From Sminthopsis crassicaudata (lineage: Eukaryota), in assembly GCF_048593235.1 (NCBI RefSeq), contig NC_133620.1, forward strand, positions 371,719,261 to 371,783,260: a DNA stretch of 64,000 bases, written 5' to 3'. Of the stretch, positions 1 to 12,561 are shown piece by piece. Each line of letters opens with the position of its first letter. Within the stretch, counting starts at the first letter, position 1. Below the pieces are notes generated by a model. That model did no database searches. It saw nothing but the letters and a program-made list of their open reading frames with translations, and was not told where the DNA came from. Position numbers and translations under genes: made by a program.

Positions 1-374
1 GCCTTTAGTAGTAACCTTCAAGAAAGCAAAGTCAACCCCTTACTCTGGGAAAGCATCAGAGAAGGATTGGGGACTTTGCTTTTTTTTTGTCTTGTTTTTA
101 AGATCTCCCCATTTTGGCCAGATTAGAAGTGGCCCCTATCCCAGTATTGATCAGCTTGGGACTTTTGACCTGATCCATTGACTACCCCCACCCCCTTGCT
201 CCAAAGGGCTCATAATCTTGAGGTCAAATTTACCACATCAATTATTCATCTGCATAATCCACTGAAACTCAGAACTCCAGAATTCAAGAAATTAAAAGCA
301 TGGAGTACCATTCCTGGCCAGATTTGGACTTTGTAGGAGGACTTGGTGTTCAGGGCCTGATGATTCAAATAAGC

Positions 375-550
375 AATCTGTTTTTTTTAAATATGCACAA
401 TATATTTAACCTGTATCAGATTGCTTGCTGCCTTGGGGAGGGGAAGAGGAAAAGAAAAAAAATCTGGAATACATGATTTTACAAAGGTGAATGTTGAAAA
501 CTATCTTTGCAAATATTTTGAAAAAATAAAATACTATTAAAATTTTTAAA
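375..550 (+). mobile_element. L1 3'-end fragment
   Basis: Carries the aatgttgaaaactatctttgca...aaaataaaa 3' signature that recurs at about 18590, 18950, 39995 and 47210. Boundaries approximate. Confidence 0.6.
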
Positions 551-1394
551 TGTTAAAAAAAATATGCACATATTCCAAGACAAAAACAAGTCCCAAGGCA
601 GTTTAAAAGTGAATTGCAAGAAGAGAAAAACTGGTAAAAATCCACTATCAAGATACTTTAAAAGTATAGAAATCCTTTGAAGGCTTGAGAGCTCACTGAT
701 AGTCTTAGAGCTGACTTTATCATCTCCTTGCCCAGAAGACCAGATGAAGGGAATTGGGGGTAGTTCACCCCCAAATTGTCCCAAGTGTGTTCCATAACAA
801 ATGTGCCCCAAAGCATCCCAGCTGATTTTGTGGGGGGGGGAGTATAATTTAAACCTACCCAGTCCCACCTGTATCCTGACTAACAACAGATCCCCAAAGC
901 TTTTCAACCTCATGAAAAGTTAGTTACCTAGTCAATAGAACATAGGAATAGTAGTGCCTCTACCTCATACCTACTAGAATTATTAATAGAATCAAAGAAG
1001 GAATGAAAGAAGCATTTAAGTGCCTACTATGTGTCAGGTACTTTACAAATATTATTTCATAAAGAACTGATGGAATACAGACTAAAACATATCAGTTTTT
1101 GCTTGCTTGCTTTCTTCTTTCCTACCTTTCTTTTTTTTTTCTTTCCTTTCTCCTTCTTTCTTTTTTTCATTTTGGTTCATTTTCTCCCACAAAACATAAT
1201 GGAAATAAGTTTTACATATTTGCATACATATTTCCATATCAGATATACCATATCAGGGAGGAGGAAAGGGTGAAAGGATAGAATTTGGAATTCAGAACCT
1301 CAGGAAAAAAAGAACTAACATTAAAAAAAAATTTTTTTTCATCTAATGGGGGGAATAAAATAGTATCTTTTTTAAAAATTTAAAAACTTTTTAA

Positions 1395-1580
1395 AAATAT
1401 ATCTCATTTGATCCTCACAACAACCTTATGAGGGAACTGTTTCTAATGATCCCCATTTGACAGTTGAGAAAACTGAGGCAGGCAGAAATTAGGTGAATTG
1501 TCCAAGATCACATAGTGTCTGAGGCAAGATTTGAACTCAGCTGTTCCTGATCCCAGCCCCAGTACTTTATCCACTAAATT
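1395..1580 (-). mobile_element. MIR/CORE-type SINE
   Basis: Contains ccccattt...gagaaaactgaggca, gatttgaactcag and ctttatccact, the reverse complement of the MIR core and 5' tRNA-like part. Confidence 0.65.
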
Positions 1581-2384
1581 ATCTGGTATCACTGTTTAAA
1601 AACAAGCAAATAATTAAAAAAAAAAAAAACTCATTTATTCATAAGCTTCTATAACAAAACCTCAGAACTCTCAAATGAGTAGTCCCTCTGGACTACAGGA
1701 ATGATTTCACCTTATCCTTCACAAAATTTTTTTTTAATCACCAAATCCTGTAGGTTCCTGTAGTATCACCCAGGACCCAAGGATTATGGTTCCCCTTTGT
1801 GGTAACACTTCCTGCTGAATCTCTCTCTCCTCAACTGTCCCTCACTTCCCATCTTCCCTCTGAGCAGCTGAGCTGAGTTATTCAAATTAATCCAGACTGT
1901 TCAAAAAAAAAAAAAACAAAGTCTAGGAAAGAGAGTGGGACAGAATTAATTTCTCCCAATACCATCCTGAGCCAAAAGAAAGAGACTTATAGTCTCTGCT
2001 ATCTTTATAAATGTCTGCTATCTTCATCACCATTATCATTATTATATAGGAAAGTCACAGCTGGATGTATGACACAAGTTAATAGAGGACTTTCTGTGGA
2101 GTAAGGAACTCATAAGATCAAAGACCTCAAGCTGGAAGTTTTCATAGAAGCCGGTACCCATTCCAACGCCTTCGTGGTACAGATATAGAAACTGAGGCCC
2201 AGAAATATCAACTAATATATGTGCCCAAAGAAACAAAAGTAATGAGTGGTAGAAATGGGATTTTCAGTCCTCTGACTCTAAATTCTGTTCTTTTCCATCA
2301 GCAGAAAGTCTGGTTAATAGTAGTTTAATAAATGCTAATTGACTTGATGGAGTGAAGCTTCAAAGAGATATATAGCAATAACCC

Positions 2385-2930
2385 TACAGTCCCCTAGTCT
2401 TGGGAGTACTATGATAGCTCCACAAACATTACTGGATGTCAGATAACTATCTGTTGGTCAGTGATAAAAAAAAAAAAAGTTTAAGACAATAATGAGGTGC
2501 ATACCAAACCCCTCCTCAAATCCACCTGTAAGCCATAAAATGAGCATATCAGTATCATGAAGCCCCTGATCTCTCTTTTTCCTATAAATTTTTCTTCTTG
2601 TTCTTGGTTCTTTGCTAAATTCTTTTTTTCCCCCTGAGGCAATTGGGGGACTTGCCCAGGGTCACACAGCTAGGAAGTGTTAAGTGTCTGAGGCTAGATT
2701 TGAAATCACATCTTCCAACTTTGGGGCTGGTGCTCTATCCACTGTACTACCTAGCTGCCTTTCTTTGCTAAATTCTTTTAGAACTTAGCCTGTTTTAATT
2801 GACATTACAATTATAATAAATTTTGACCCTTGACTTGGAGATGGATCTGAACCTACAAATTCTTTTGAGACATCTCACAACACTGGTCTGGAACCCAACC
2901 TTTTTGGGGTCTCCTTTGAGCTTCAATAGA
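2385..2930 (+). mobile_element. Solo LTR of the same family as the provirus at 12562-18129, interrupted by a SINE
   Basis: Shares gtcagataac.atctgttggtcagt, cctataaatt...cttcttg...ttctttgctaa and aataaat.tttg with 12670-12940 and 17833-18070. TATAAA at 2583-2588, AATAAA at 2815-2820. Ends approximate. Confidence 0.75.
2627..2760 (-). mobile_element. WSINE1-like marsupial SINE with 19-bp target-site duplication
   Basis: Reverse complement reads ggcagctaggtagtacagtggatagagcaccagcc...cacttaacacttcctagctgtgtgaccctgggcaagt...caattgcctcag plus an A tail. Direct repeat ttctttgctaaattctttt at 2608-2626 and 2761-2779. Confidence 0.85.
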
Positions 2931-3004
2931 CTGGATGACTGCCTTTAAATCCAGATCAATCTCCTTTGACCTGAAATTCCAACTCTGAATCTTGGTACCT
3001 ACAT

Positions 3005-3235
3005 ATTGTTTAGTCATTTTGCTGTCATATCTGACTCTCTATGACCCCATTTGGGGCTTTCTTGGAAGAGATAATTGAAGTTATTTGCCTTTTTTTTTTT
3101 TTTTTTTTTTTTTTATTCCAGCTCATTTTACAGAGGAGGAAACTGGGACAAACAGGCTTAAGTGTCTTGCCCAGTGTCACACAGCTAGAAAGATTCGAAG
3201 TCAGAAAGCTGAGTCTTCCTGACTCCAGGCCCAGC
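3005..3235 (-). mobile_element. MIR/MAR-type SINE
   Basis: Contains gctcattttacagaggaggaaactggg...aagtgtcttgcccagtgtcacacagctag. Confidence 0.65.
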
Positions 3236-4565
3236 TGCCCTCAATCTGGGTTTAAATCTTAAATTCCAACCCTTTTCTTTGATACTTATCTGGTATGTGG
3301 CAAATCCCTTTAAGCTGTCTGGGCCCTAGTTCTCTTTTGTAAAATGAAAGATCTAGATCAGATGAGCTTTCAGGTTGGCAAATCGATTATAATCTATAAT
3401 CCTTTATGAGTTCCTTTGGACCTCAATTTCCTCATTTGTTAAAGGAGAAGGTCAAACTTGATCATTTGATTCCTTCCAGCCTTAAAATTCTGTGATTCCC
3501 CCACAGTTAGCTGGGTGCATCCCTAAACAAGCCAGGATTCAGGAGGCCAACAGAATATAGCTTTCTTTCAATCACTGGGAGCAAGCAAATGTCTCCAAAA
3601 GCCCCAACATTTCTAAGAGCTGCAGTCCCCTGGGGGAAACACATGGCATCCCTGAATACTCGAAGGGTATTCTTTTTCTCTCTGTGTCACAGTAGAAAAC
3701 TATGCCAGTTTGATAGGTATTCTCTGAAACACAATTGAAACTCTGTTTGGAATAGTGGCCATAATACTTTCTCCTTCAAAGGCCCCATTATAGTTCCTAC
3801 AAAGTAAGCCTTAAGCCAAAATGTTTCCCATCTGCTTCACTTTTCCACATAAGCAGGCCTGCTCTACCTCACCTTCCAAACTAGATCCCACAAAGTTTGC
3901 CTTCCTATCTCCTCTCTATTTGTGAAAAATAAAAAGTTTAAAAGACATATTTCTGGGTAATTTATCATTTCATTAATCATGCTAGCCAATAATTAATAAA
4001 AGGCATCAGTAGCACTTTTAAATGCCAAAGATACCTCATGGAACCCATTCGACCCTTATATATGCCCTTGGAAGTGGGGGGAGCATGTTCCTGAGGGTGT
4101 CAATCAACTCTGATTGGTTAATGAGTAATGAGAAGATAGATATTATAATGAGAGATAGACCTGTTCTAAGGAGAGGCTGAGGGATGTAGCTTTGATCACT
4201 CAGTTCAAAGGGGATGGATTTCACCCCCATTTGATTAAATTTTTTGTACATATTTCTAGTTGGCTAGGGTCTCCCAACCAGGATCCAAAGGCATATATCA
4301 GGGATTTGAGCAATCTCTTCCATCAACAATGTCCTTCAGAGACTGAATAACCCACAAGCTTCTGGGGAAAAAAATCTTGGTGTTAATTCAATAATTGATG
4401 AAATAATAATTTCTCACATTCATCTCTCATATCTTCCAGGTTAATGGAGCTGTACCATTTCCCTTCAAAGAAATAAAACCTGGGCTTCTCAGCCCTAAGT
4501 ATACAATTTGTATTATATTAGAATGTAATATGGATTAGAAAGTAAACTCCTTGAGGGCAAACACT

Positions 4566-4566
<1 letters not shown>

Positions 4567-4611
<45 letters not shown>
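4567..4611. repeat. Poly(T), 45 nt
   Basis: Uninterrupted T run inside a degraded repeat. Confidence 0.95.
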
Positions 4612-4612
<1 letters not shown>

Positions 4613-7531
4613 TCTCTGTACTCCCAGAACTCATTACAGTACTTGGCAATATAATAAACATGTAATAAATGTTTGCTGATAGATATGTCCACTTTCCCGA
4701 CTGCCTTCCAGAGAACTCTAAGCCCTGCCATTCTGTTGGCTCGTGGAGGAAACCTAGAATGTAACAAATTCGCAAAGAGGCAGCAGGAGAATATATATGT
4801 AGATGTAAAAATGATGGGAAAAGGTAAAGTACCTTGAGCAATAGTGAGAATACTATCTGTCCAGGCTCAAGTTTAGTTTTTTGTTTAATTAGTTGGTTTG
4901 GGTTTGGGTTTTTCAGCACCAATTCCTTCTCCCTTTTCTTGCAGCTTTCCTGAGGGGTAGGAGATCCCAACTAACTAGTGATGTTTACAAAAAATTTAAT
5001 CTAATTGAGTGAAATCCAGACCATTTGATCTAATTGGCCAGCAAGGTGGATAAAGTGAACAGGGAAGAGGAAGAGGAACAATGGTCCCATAGGAATTTTA
5101 GTCCTTTTATGTTTTCTAACTCCCCACTCCATGACACTGGTAGCTTCCTGAGAGACATGTGTCTCCTCCCACTCCTCATCAGATGAATCCTGTATCCCTC
5201 ATCCAACTGACAACTCCTTGGGGAGAGGGACTATTTCTCCCTCACTGATGTGGAGGCTTCTCAGAGAAGAAACCTTCTTTTCCATCAGTCTGGGGCCAGC
5301 AAAGGAACATTTTCCCTTCCTCCCTTTAGCTCTCCCTTGAATTCTCCACAGAGAATTCTCTAGGCTTGATAATTCTCCTTTTCAGGCCCAGATTTAGGGA
5401 GCAGAGTCAGGGGCAGAAATAGGGATTGAGGTCACTATTATTATTTCAAGTCCTTGGTGCAGGTCCTGTCCTCGTTGTTCCCCATACCCATGCTACCTCC
5501 AGTTTTCACAGACCACATCTGCTGGAGATCCCTAACCAGAGTAAGCTCTGAGAAACTTGTTTTGTGACCATCAGTAGGACCTAGGTTTCCTAGGTTAGAA
5601 GGGAAGAACTAAGCTAGAGGTGCCTAATCAGGTTTATCAGAATTTGCTTCATGAATAGCTCCTAAGGAGATCAGGATGAGCAGGTAGTTCTTTGGGGATT
5701 GCCCCAGTGTCTCTCCATCAATGTCAGTGCCTCTCCCCTGATGTCAATGGTGTGTTTCTCAAACCAGACTGGGGGAATCCAGAAGAGTACTTCTGAGAGA
5801 CTCCAGGTCTCCTGGGAGGGAAGATATAGGCAGGTTTCAGCAACTGCCACTGCTTTACTATTCAAAAACTCCATTTTTCTTCTCTCTTCACAAACAATGC
5901 CAAATCCTCCTTAGGCACCCTTCCCCAAAGTAAAATGTGACAGGAAAATAAAAATTTGGCAACAGTTAGGTTACAGGTGGCTGATTCAGTCTACTAATAA
6001 AGAAGAAATGGATCAAATCAATATTGACTTTCATTTAACTCATTTTCTGCTCTTCCCAGTACAGCCCATCCCATCCCAACCCCAATTGTCCTCAAACAGT
6101 AGTTATATTTCAATCTTTCTGTTCCCCTCCTCATCTCAGCTTTCCAGAGTGATTCACATGTTTGCATAGCTGTCAGTCTAGGGAAGAATATATGGCACGT
6201 ACGAGAGGGAGACTGGGCCCAGGAGTCCATGAAATATGTGTCAGAAAGTCTTCTTGACCCATTAGCTGCCGAGTCAGGAGAACAATTTCAAATTCCCCTT
6301 GAAAGTGAGGCTGGGGAGACTGAAGGTCTAGCACAAGGACTTGAGAACCCAAATGTTTCCAAACTTAGGGTCAAAGACAGAGGATATGACAAAGACAGAG
6401 ATCAATGTAGGAAATGGACCTAAGTGTTATTGATGAATGGAGGAACTGAGGGGTAGTGAGTGTTGGGATAGGAGTAAGGAATTAAAGGAGTAACAGGTAT
6501 ATGAAGATGGGCAGTGAGGTCTAAGAGTCAGGGTCAGAAGATGAATATTAAAAATGGAGAAGGGAAATAGGTGTAAGGAATGAGGGCTGATTTATGGTGG
6601 CAAAGAATTGGAAAATGACTGAATGCCCATCAATTGGGAAAATAGCTGCATAAATTATACAGATGGCTCAGTGAGGTAGATGAGACCTAAGGAGCTGGAC
6701 GTCAGGTTGTGGACCAAGATAGTCTAAGAGATAGGAGCAGAAGAGAAAGGCTCTAAAGTACAACTTTGCCCCAAGTTCAGGAACATCCTGGTCTGGTTTT
6801 ATCACAGTTCGCCATAGCCTGCAAAGTCCCCAAGGATAGAGACCAGGACTGTGTATCTCACTCTTTTTAGGTCTTGATCAGCAATTTCAGGAGTGAAAAA
6901 GGAGAGAAGCACATGCTGGAGGTCAAGAGCTCAGAATCTGTCCCTTTAGTTACAAAGATCTTAGACAAATCACTTGGGAATAGAAGGAAAAGCGACCTTG
7001 CAGTTCTCTGAAAAGTGAGAGGTTTGGCCTAGATGATCTCAGGAGTCCCTTGCAGGTTTCTGATTCTATAATTCTAAGAGACAAGCCCTTCCCAAAAGCC
7101 CTGTTTGACTGCAGCCTGACCTCACCCCACCTCTTCTCAAACAGCCCATATACTTGGATCGGGTCCAAACTCTGAATTCTCCAGTCCCAGAAAGTCTTCC
7201 ATGATTAAATCTGTCCCACTCAGATTCTTAGAAAAAAGTTTGATACAATCAGTTTGCCTTGATGATATGTTGCCTGAAAAATTTATATCTGTGCAGATTG
7301 GTAAATGGTTAAATGGTAAACTCCCAGGGATCAGGGCCTTCTCCTTCCTGAGTCCCCTACTCCCAGATGGAGCTATATTACAATAGTAACCCACTCTGGG
7401 GAGCTCTTCTAATAGTACAGAAACCAAGGACACTGGGCAGAATTCAAAAATGAAGGAGAGAATGTTGGAAGGGGACCAGTGCAGCTAGGCAGCACAGGAG
7501 GGAGAAGGACTCATATTCAAATGTGGCCTCA

Positions 7532-8023
7532 GCAGTAATGAATTGAACCAGCTACACCTAGGGAAAGAACTCTGGGAGATGACTATGAACCACTACATAG
7601 AATTCCCAATCCCTCTATTTTTGTCCACCTGCATTTCTGATTTCCTTCCCAGGCTAATTGTACACTATTTCAAAGTCCGATTCTTTTTTGTACAGCAAAA
7701 TAACTATGGATATGTATACATATATCGTATTTAACTTATACTTTAATATATATAACATGTGTTGGTCTACCTGCCATCTGGGGGAAGGGGTAAGGAGAAG
7801 AAGGGGAAAAGTTGGAACAAAAGGTTTGGCAATTGTCAATGCTGAAAAATTACCCATGCAAATATCTTGTAAATAAAAAGCTATAATAAAAAAAAAAAAA
7901 GAAAAGAAAAGAAAAAGAAAAAACTTTATTAAAAAAAACTTTAAAAAAAAAATATCCTTGCATATATTTTGAAAATAAAATCTTCAATAAATAAATAGAA
8001 AAAATATTTGAAAATTTAAAAAA
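7532..8023 (+). mobile_element. 5'-truncated L1 3' UTR with extended tail, inserted into a SINE
   Basis: L1 3' UTR ends caatgctgaaaaattacccatgca...aataaaaagctataataaaaaa. Flanked by aaatgtggcctca (7519-7531) and aaatgtagcctca (8024-8036), one mismatch. The SINE sequence resumes after 8036. Confidence 0.75.
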
Positions 8024-8086
8024 AAATGTAGCCTCACGCACTTACTACCTATGTGATCCTGGGCAAATCACTTAACCCCATTGAGA

Positions 8087-8240
8087 CTAGAAAGGAGGGA
8101 AGGAGGGAAGGGAAGAAGGGTAAGGGAGGGAAGAAGGGAGAAAGGGAGGGAGAAAGGAAGAGAGGGAAGAGAGGGAAAGGAGGGAGGGAGACAGAAAAGA
8201 AAAGGAAGGGGGAAAGGGGTACAGAATAAAGAATAAATCA
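8087..8240. repeat. Polypurine (GA-rich) tract
   Basis: Almost pure A/G on the plus strand, just past the S100A6 poly(A) site. Confidence 0.85.
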
Positions 8241-8307
8241 GTGAAAAAACAAATGCAACCATATTAAGTATCAAAAATCACAGAGAGACCAAAACACAGG
8301 TTCAGAC

Positions 8308-8313
8308 TTTATT
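8308..8313 (-). terminator. S100A6: S100A6 poly(A) signal AATAAA
   Basis: tttatt on plus, about 100 nt downstream of the stop, followed on the minus strand by GT/T-rich sequence. Confidence 0.8.
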
Positions 8314-8410
8314 TAATATACAAAACACCCACCATGCACCCATTACTGTGGCAGGTTGGTTAGGCCACAAGGGGAGCACTCCCACCCCCATTTCCCTCTC
8401 TGCAGAATCT

Positions 8411-8548
8411 TTATTCTCTTTTCAGTAGATCATTATAGAGCAAGGCCAAGGTTCCCAGGAAGGCCAGGAACTCCTGGAAGTTCACTTCCTGATCTTTGTC
8501 CTGGTCCAGACCTTTCATCAGTTCTGAAATTTCTTCATCTTCAATTTT
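8411..8548 (-). CDS. S100A6: S100A6 (calcyclin) coding exon 3, canonical EF-hand: [45 protein letters not shown]
   Basis: Acceptor tttaccctattag, phase 0. [10 protein letters not shown] and LGxLALxYN match S100A6. Stop TAA at 8411-8413. Confidence 0.93.
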   Translation of the reverse strand, partial: KIEDEEISELMKGLDQDKDQEVNFQEFLAFLGTLALLYNDLLKRE

Positions 8549-9056
8549 CTAATAGGGTAAAGTGGAAAATGCAAACTCTATTAAGGAGAAGTTCTTTTCC
8601 CTTCGTAGGGTCCCCTCTCTCCATTACTACCCTCAATCTAACCTCCAACCCCAATCCTACCTTCTTCTCCTAAACAGGAGGCACTGTTGCTAACTAGTCA
8701 TCTGAGCCATTCCCCATTTTGCCCATTTCTTTTTCTTTTTAATCCCAGGCTCTTTCACTTTGTCCTCTGACTCACTGTTTCTTAATTAAGGAAATAAAGA
8801 ATAGGGATCTCAGATCTCTGGAATGGTTGAGAGCAATGGTTCCAATGGAAATTGTCCATCACTTTCAATTATCCTATCTCCTCTATGTGTCTCCAGGAAC
8901 CAAGTAGGACAAAGTGTAATTGGCTCCCCACCACCATCACCTACCCCTACCCCACCCAAATGGGTTCCAGAAGGAGAAAAAGTTGGGGAGAGGCCAGCAT
9001 TTAGTCAAAAAGGGAAAAGAAAGGACTGGCCATGGGGTCAGGGATGAGATACTAAC

Positions 9057-9194
9057 AGCTCCAAGGCAGAGTTCCTCCTGGATTAATTCCTTCAATTCCT
9101 TCTTGCTTAAAGTGCTCTTGTCACCTTCCCTGCTTGAATATTTGTGGAAGATGGCAATAATGGAGCAAATAGCTTCATCCAGTATCGAAGCCAT
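9057..9194 (-). CDS. S100A6: S100A6 coding exon 2, pseudo-EF-hand: [46 protein letters not shown]
   Basis: ATG at 9194-9192, donor GTTAGT after 9057. [26 protein letters not shown] is diagnostic, and the position is syntenic next to S100A5. Joined protein is 91 aa. Confidence 0.93.
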
Positions 9195-10069
9195 AGATGC
9201 CAAGTAGACTTTAGGGAACTGAAAACCACAAAGGAAGGGATAAATGAGTAGAGGAAAAAAGAATGAAAGAATTATTGTTCACAGGGCCCCAGGCCAAAGG
9301 GATGGGACTTTCAGTCCCTGGGATACCCCAGTACTGGAATAAAAAGCTTGAAGGGTGAGAATTTAGTAGGGCTTGGACACCTCAGAGGTAGGTGGAATTT
9401 TCAGAAGTCTAAATCAGATTGAATGGATAGGGAGAAGAGCCCCAGACAGCGGCTGGGCTACTGTTCATCCCAGACTTAGTAAATGAGGGCATGGATTTGA
9501 CCATGGGATTTCCATGATCTGGGAAGCAAGGAGGTCCCCCAAGTAGAGAGGAAGGAGTCAGACAGGGAGCAGCAGCTGACAGCTTCCAAATTCACAGCCA
9601 GGCCCACACACACTATCTGAATTCCCTATACCCAAACACAACCATGTAATTTTAAAATTTTCCAAGATTGTTTAAACTCAGGAGATTTCTCTCTTAGAGA
9701 ATTCCTTTAGGCAGCTAGGTGGTTCAGTGGATAGAACACCCACCCTAGAATCAGGGTTCAAATCCCTACTCAGACATACTCCACCAAGGTCACACAATTA
9801 GTAACAGAGCTAGGTGTCTGGACTCCCAAGTGCTATTTTCCTTCCCCTACACAGTTACACAGCTGCACACACTCATCACCCAGCAAGACACACCTTTGCA
9901 CATAAAACCAAAAAGATACACTTAGGAATCTACTTTATGCATGCCCTGGGAGCAACTCTACTCCATCCCAAGAGTTAGTACCCTATCCCCTGCTCCTCCC
10001 GTGCCCCAAGGCATCAATAAACAGGGCAGGGCTCCCCTAAGGGTAGGTGATCTCACAACCCAGGAGTTC

Positions 10070-10570
10070 TCAGCTGCCGCAGGAATACAAAGAGGCCGGA
10101 TTAGGGTGGGGAAGAAATCCCTAGGGATCACCCAGGGGGAGGGTGAGAGGCACGTCCTGGGCCGGGAGTGATCTAGGCGTCTAGGGAGACTAGGTTGGGC
10201 AGAGTCGAAAGGGAGAGGAAGAACTCACCGAAGGCAAAGACTAGCAGAGACGAATAGAGATGAGATGGGTCACTGTCCAGCCCCTCTTATAGCCCAACCC
10301 CTGGCTGCTGGGCCCCTACCCCCACCCCTCGGGAATAGCGGGCCGGCCCTCCGAGGCCCCACCTTCCCCACGTCCCGTCATACTAGGGAAGGCCCTCTCT
10401 ACCACGCCCATCCTAGGCCAGGCTTTCGGCCCCTTGCGTAATTACGCTCTTTGCTCCCCTGCCTGAGCCTCCCATCCGAGCACTTTGGGCGCCTTCTAAC
10501 ACGCACCTGGCAGAAAAGGTGGAACGCTATCCCTCTGGGCTGGAAAGCCGGCTGCGTCCAAGAACTGCAG
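10070..10570. promoter_or_regulatory. S100A6: GC/CpG-enriched S100A6 promoter region
   Basis: Most CpG-dense stretch of the window by eye, with C-rich GC-box-like runs upstream of the TATA box. Confidence 0.65.
10229..10291 (-). promoter_or_regulatory. S100A6: S100A6 TATA box and non-coding exon 1
   Basis: TATAAGAG at 10291-10284 and donor CG|GTGAGT after 10229. TSS inferred near 10260. Confidence 0.8.
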
Positions 10571-10766
10571 GCTGAGCCAGCAGAGCTGGCAGTCTGGTCT
10601 AAAAGTCTCAGTTTTTCCACCTGTGAAATAGAGTAAAGAAAATCACCCGTATTATTTCCTCCCCATCTATCTTGGTGTTGTTTTTCTGCATACATCTACT
10701 CTTCAACCCACCATCCATCTCCCTCCACCACGGATGCAACTAATAGGGGTGCCACTGGGCACAAGT

Positions 10767-10770
<4 letters not shown>

Positions 10771-10830
<60 letters not shown>
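10771..10830. repeat. (GT)30 microsatellite
   Basis: Perfect dinucleotide run about 500 bp upstream of the S100A6 TSS. Confidence 0.95.
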
Positions 10831-10833
<3 letters not shown>

Positions 10834-12384
10834 ATGCATGGATTTTGGTGTCCCTGGTGTGTGTACCAGAAAAGCCTGGGTATGGATGTATGTGTCTGGA
10901 GGAGAACAGAATTCAGAGTTCAGCCACACTTGCAAATGGGAATCTCTTGAGGTTAAGTGTGACTTCAGAGATCCTTGGGGAAAGATCCCAATCAAAAGAA
11001 ACAAACCACCTTATCCTTATCCCCAGATATTCCACCATTAGACCTTTGATTTAAGATTTTGATCCCTGCCTGATATGGCCTACAGGATGTTAAGCCTTGT
11101 AGACATTTGACCATAGCTGAATATGTCAAAATATTTCCTGAGAGCCAGGATTCTTATTCTTATTCTTCTTTTTCTTCTTCTTCTTTTTTTTATTTTTATT
11201 TTTTTTTTGATAGGGGGAAATGAGGTAGATAATAACAATCATAACAGCAACAACTAATTTCTATTGTATTATAAGATTTGCAGTGTTTTCTACAAAAGAG
11301 CCCACTGACCCAGAGTTCATAGAGGTTAAGCCAGCAAATGTGAGAAGTGAAAGTGGGTAATAGCAAGACACTGGGCATCTTTGAAAAGGGGCCTAACTGA
11401 TGGATATAACCAGGGAGGCTAGAAATGGGAGGACGGGGCTATAATATAATATATAAGAGGATAGGCCCTGAAGACAGACTTTGACCAGGGCTAGATGTAC
11501 TGTGTGTGTGAAAAAATCCATGACATCATACCCATTATAATTATAGGATGGTTTCCCATGACACATTTCACGTCAAGGAACTTTACCCTCTGATTCCTCT
11601 TCATTTTTCTGTTTTCTTTGGGAGCTTGGATCTGCAGAGCTAGAACTCCTTGTTTCATAGAAAAAGATAACAGTAGGTTTTCTGAGTGAGTTGGGTAACT
11701 AGGACAGGGCCCCACAGAGGCAGGAGTGGGGTGTAAGGAGAAAGAAGTTGAATAAAAATTCACATGCCCTGGTCAATGTAGGGTATAGAGAGAGCACTAG
11801 GCCTGAAATCAGAAGAGTCTGGTTTGATTTTCAACTCCAGAACAAAGCTTCTTAAAATATGGTTCATGATCTCTTATGGCAGAATTGGTGAAAGCTTAGA
11901 TATAACAACCCCCCACTGTGGCTATAAGTTGATAATTTTGTACAGACTGTGAATGATATTATAAATATTGATAATTAATATTGATTCCTTGTGATTCAAT
12001 TCCATAAACACTTATTGTGCAGAAAGAAGCAAATTTAAGTCCCTGCCCTCAAAGGACCTTACAATCTCTACCTCACAAGCTTACTATGAGGCCCCATTTG
12101 GTATCCAGTTAAGAGAGTTTCCCTGAGATCCACCTACCCTTCCTCCAACTTGTCAGGGCTTTCTCCCTCCTTAAATTTCCTTGTATTTACTAACTTGTGT
12201 GGTTGTGTTGTATCTCCTGATAGCATCTGAATTCCTTGAGGATAAGGGGCTATATCATTTTTGCTTTCAAATCTTTGCTTACCCGACATATAGCTCAAGC
12301 CTTAAACTTTCAGTACTAACTGTAATCATGTAATATCTCCCAGCTCCCTAAACATAAAGTACTATTTCATTTAGTAAATATTTG

Positions 12385-12561
12385 TTGAACTGAACTGTCT
12401 TTGAAAATACTGGTCTACATGTGTAAAAAGGTTTGTAGCAGCTCTTTTGGTAGTAGCAAAGAATTGTAAATTGAGTGGATGTCCATAAGTTGGAGAATGG
12501 CTGAATAAGTTATGATATATAATATAATGGAATATTATTGTTCTATAAGAGATGATAAGCA
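12385..12561 (+). mobile_element. Old L1 3' fragment, left half (continues at 18130)
   Basis: Reads gtagcagctctttt...tattgttctataagagatgataagc. It is collinear with agataatttcagaaaatcctggaaag at 18130, as judged against the uninterrupted copy at about 39440-39660. Confidence 0.75.

Noticed and set aside
5640-5880. EF-hand-like reading DIDGETLGQSPKNYLLILISL on the minus strand, and ORF 5671-5874
   Set aside because: Loop spacing is wrong by two residues, no in-frame acceptor fits, and the segment contains a short internal duplication that can explain the resemblance.
6802-6915. Minus-strand VSILGDFA resembling S100A7 LSLLGDIA, and plus-strand VLISNFRSEKGEKHML resembling an S100 exon 2
   Set aside because: Ca-ligand positions are not conserved, exon lengths do not fit, there is no partner exon, and weak hits on both strands at one site suggest chance.
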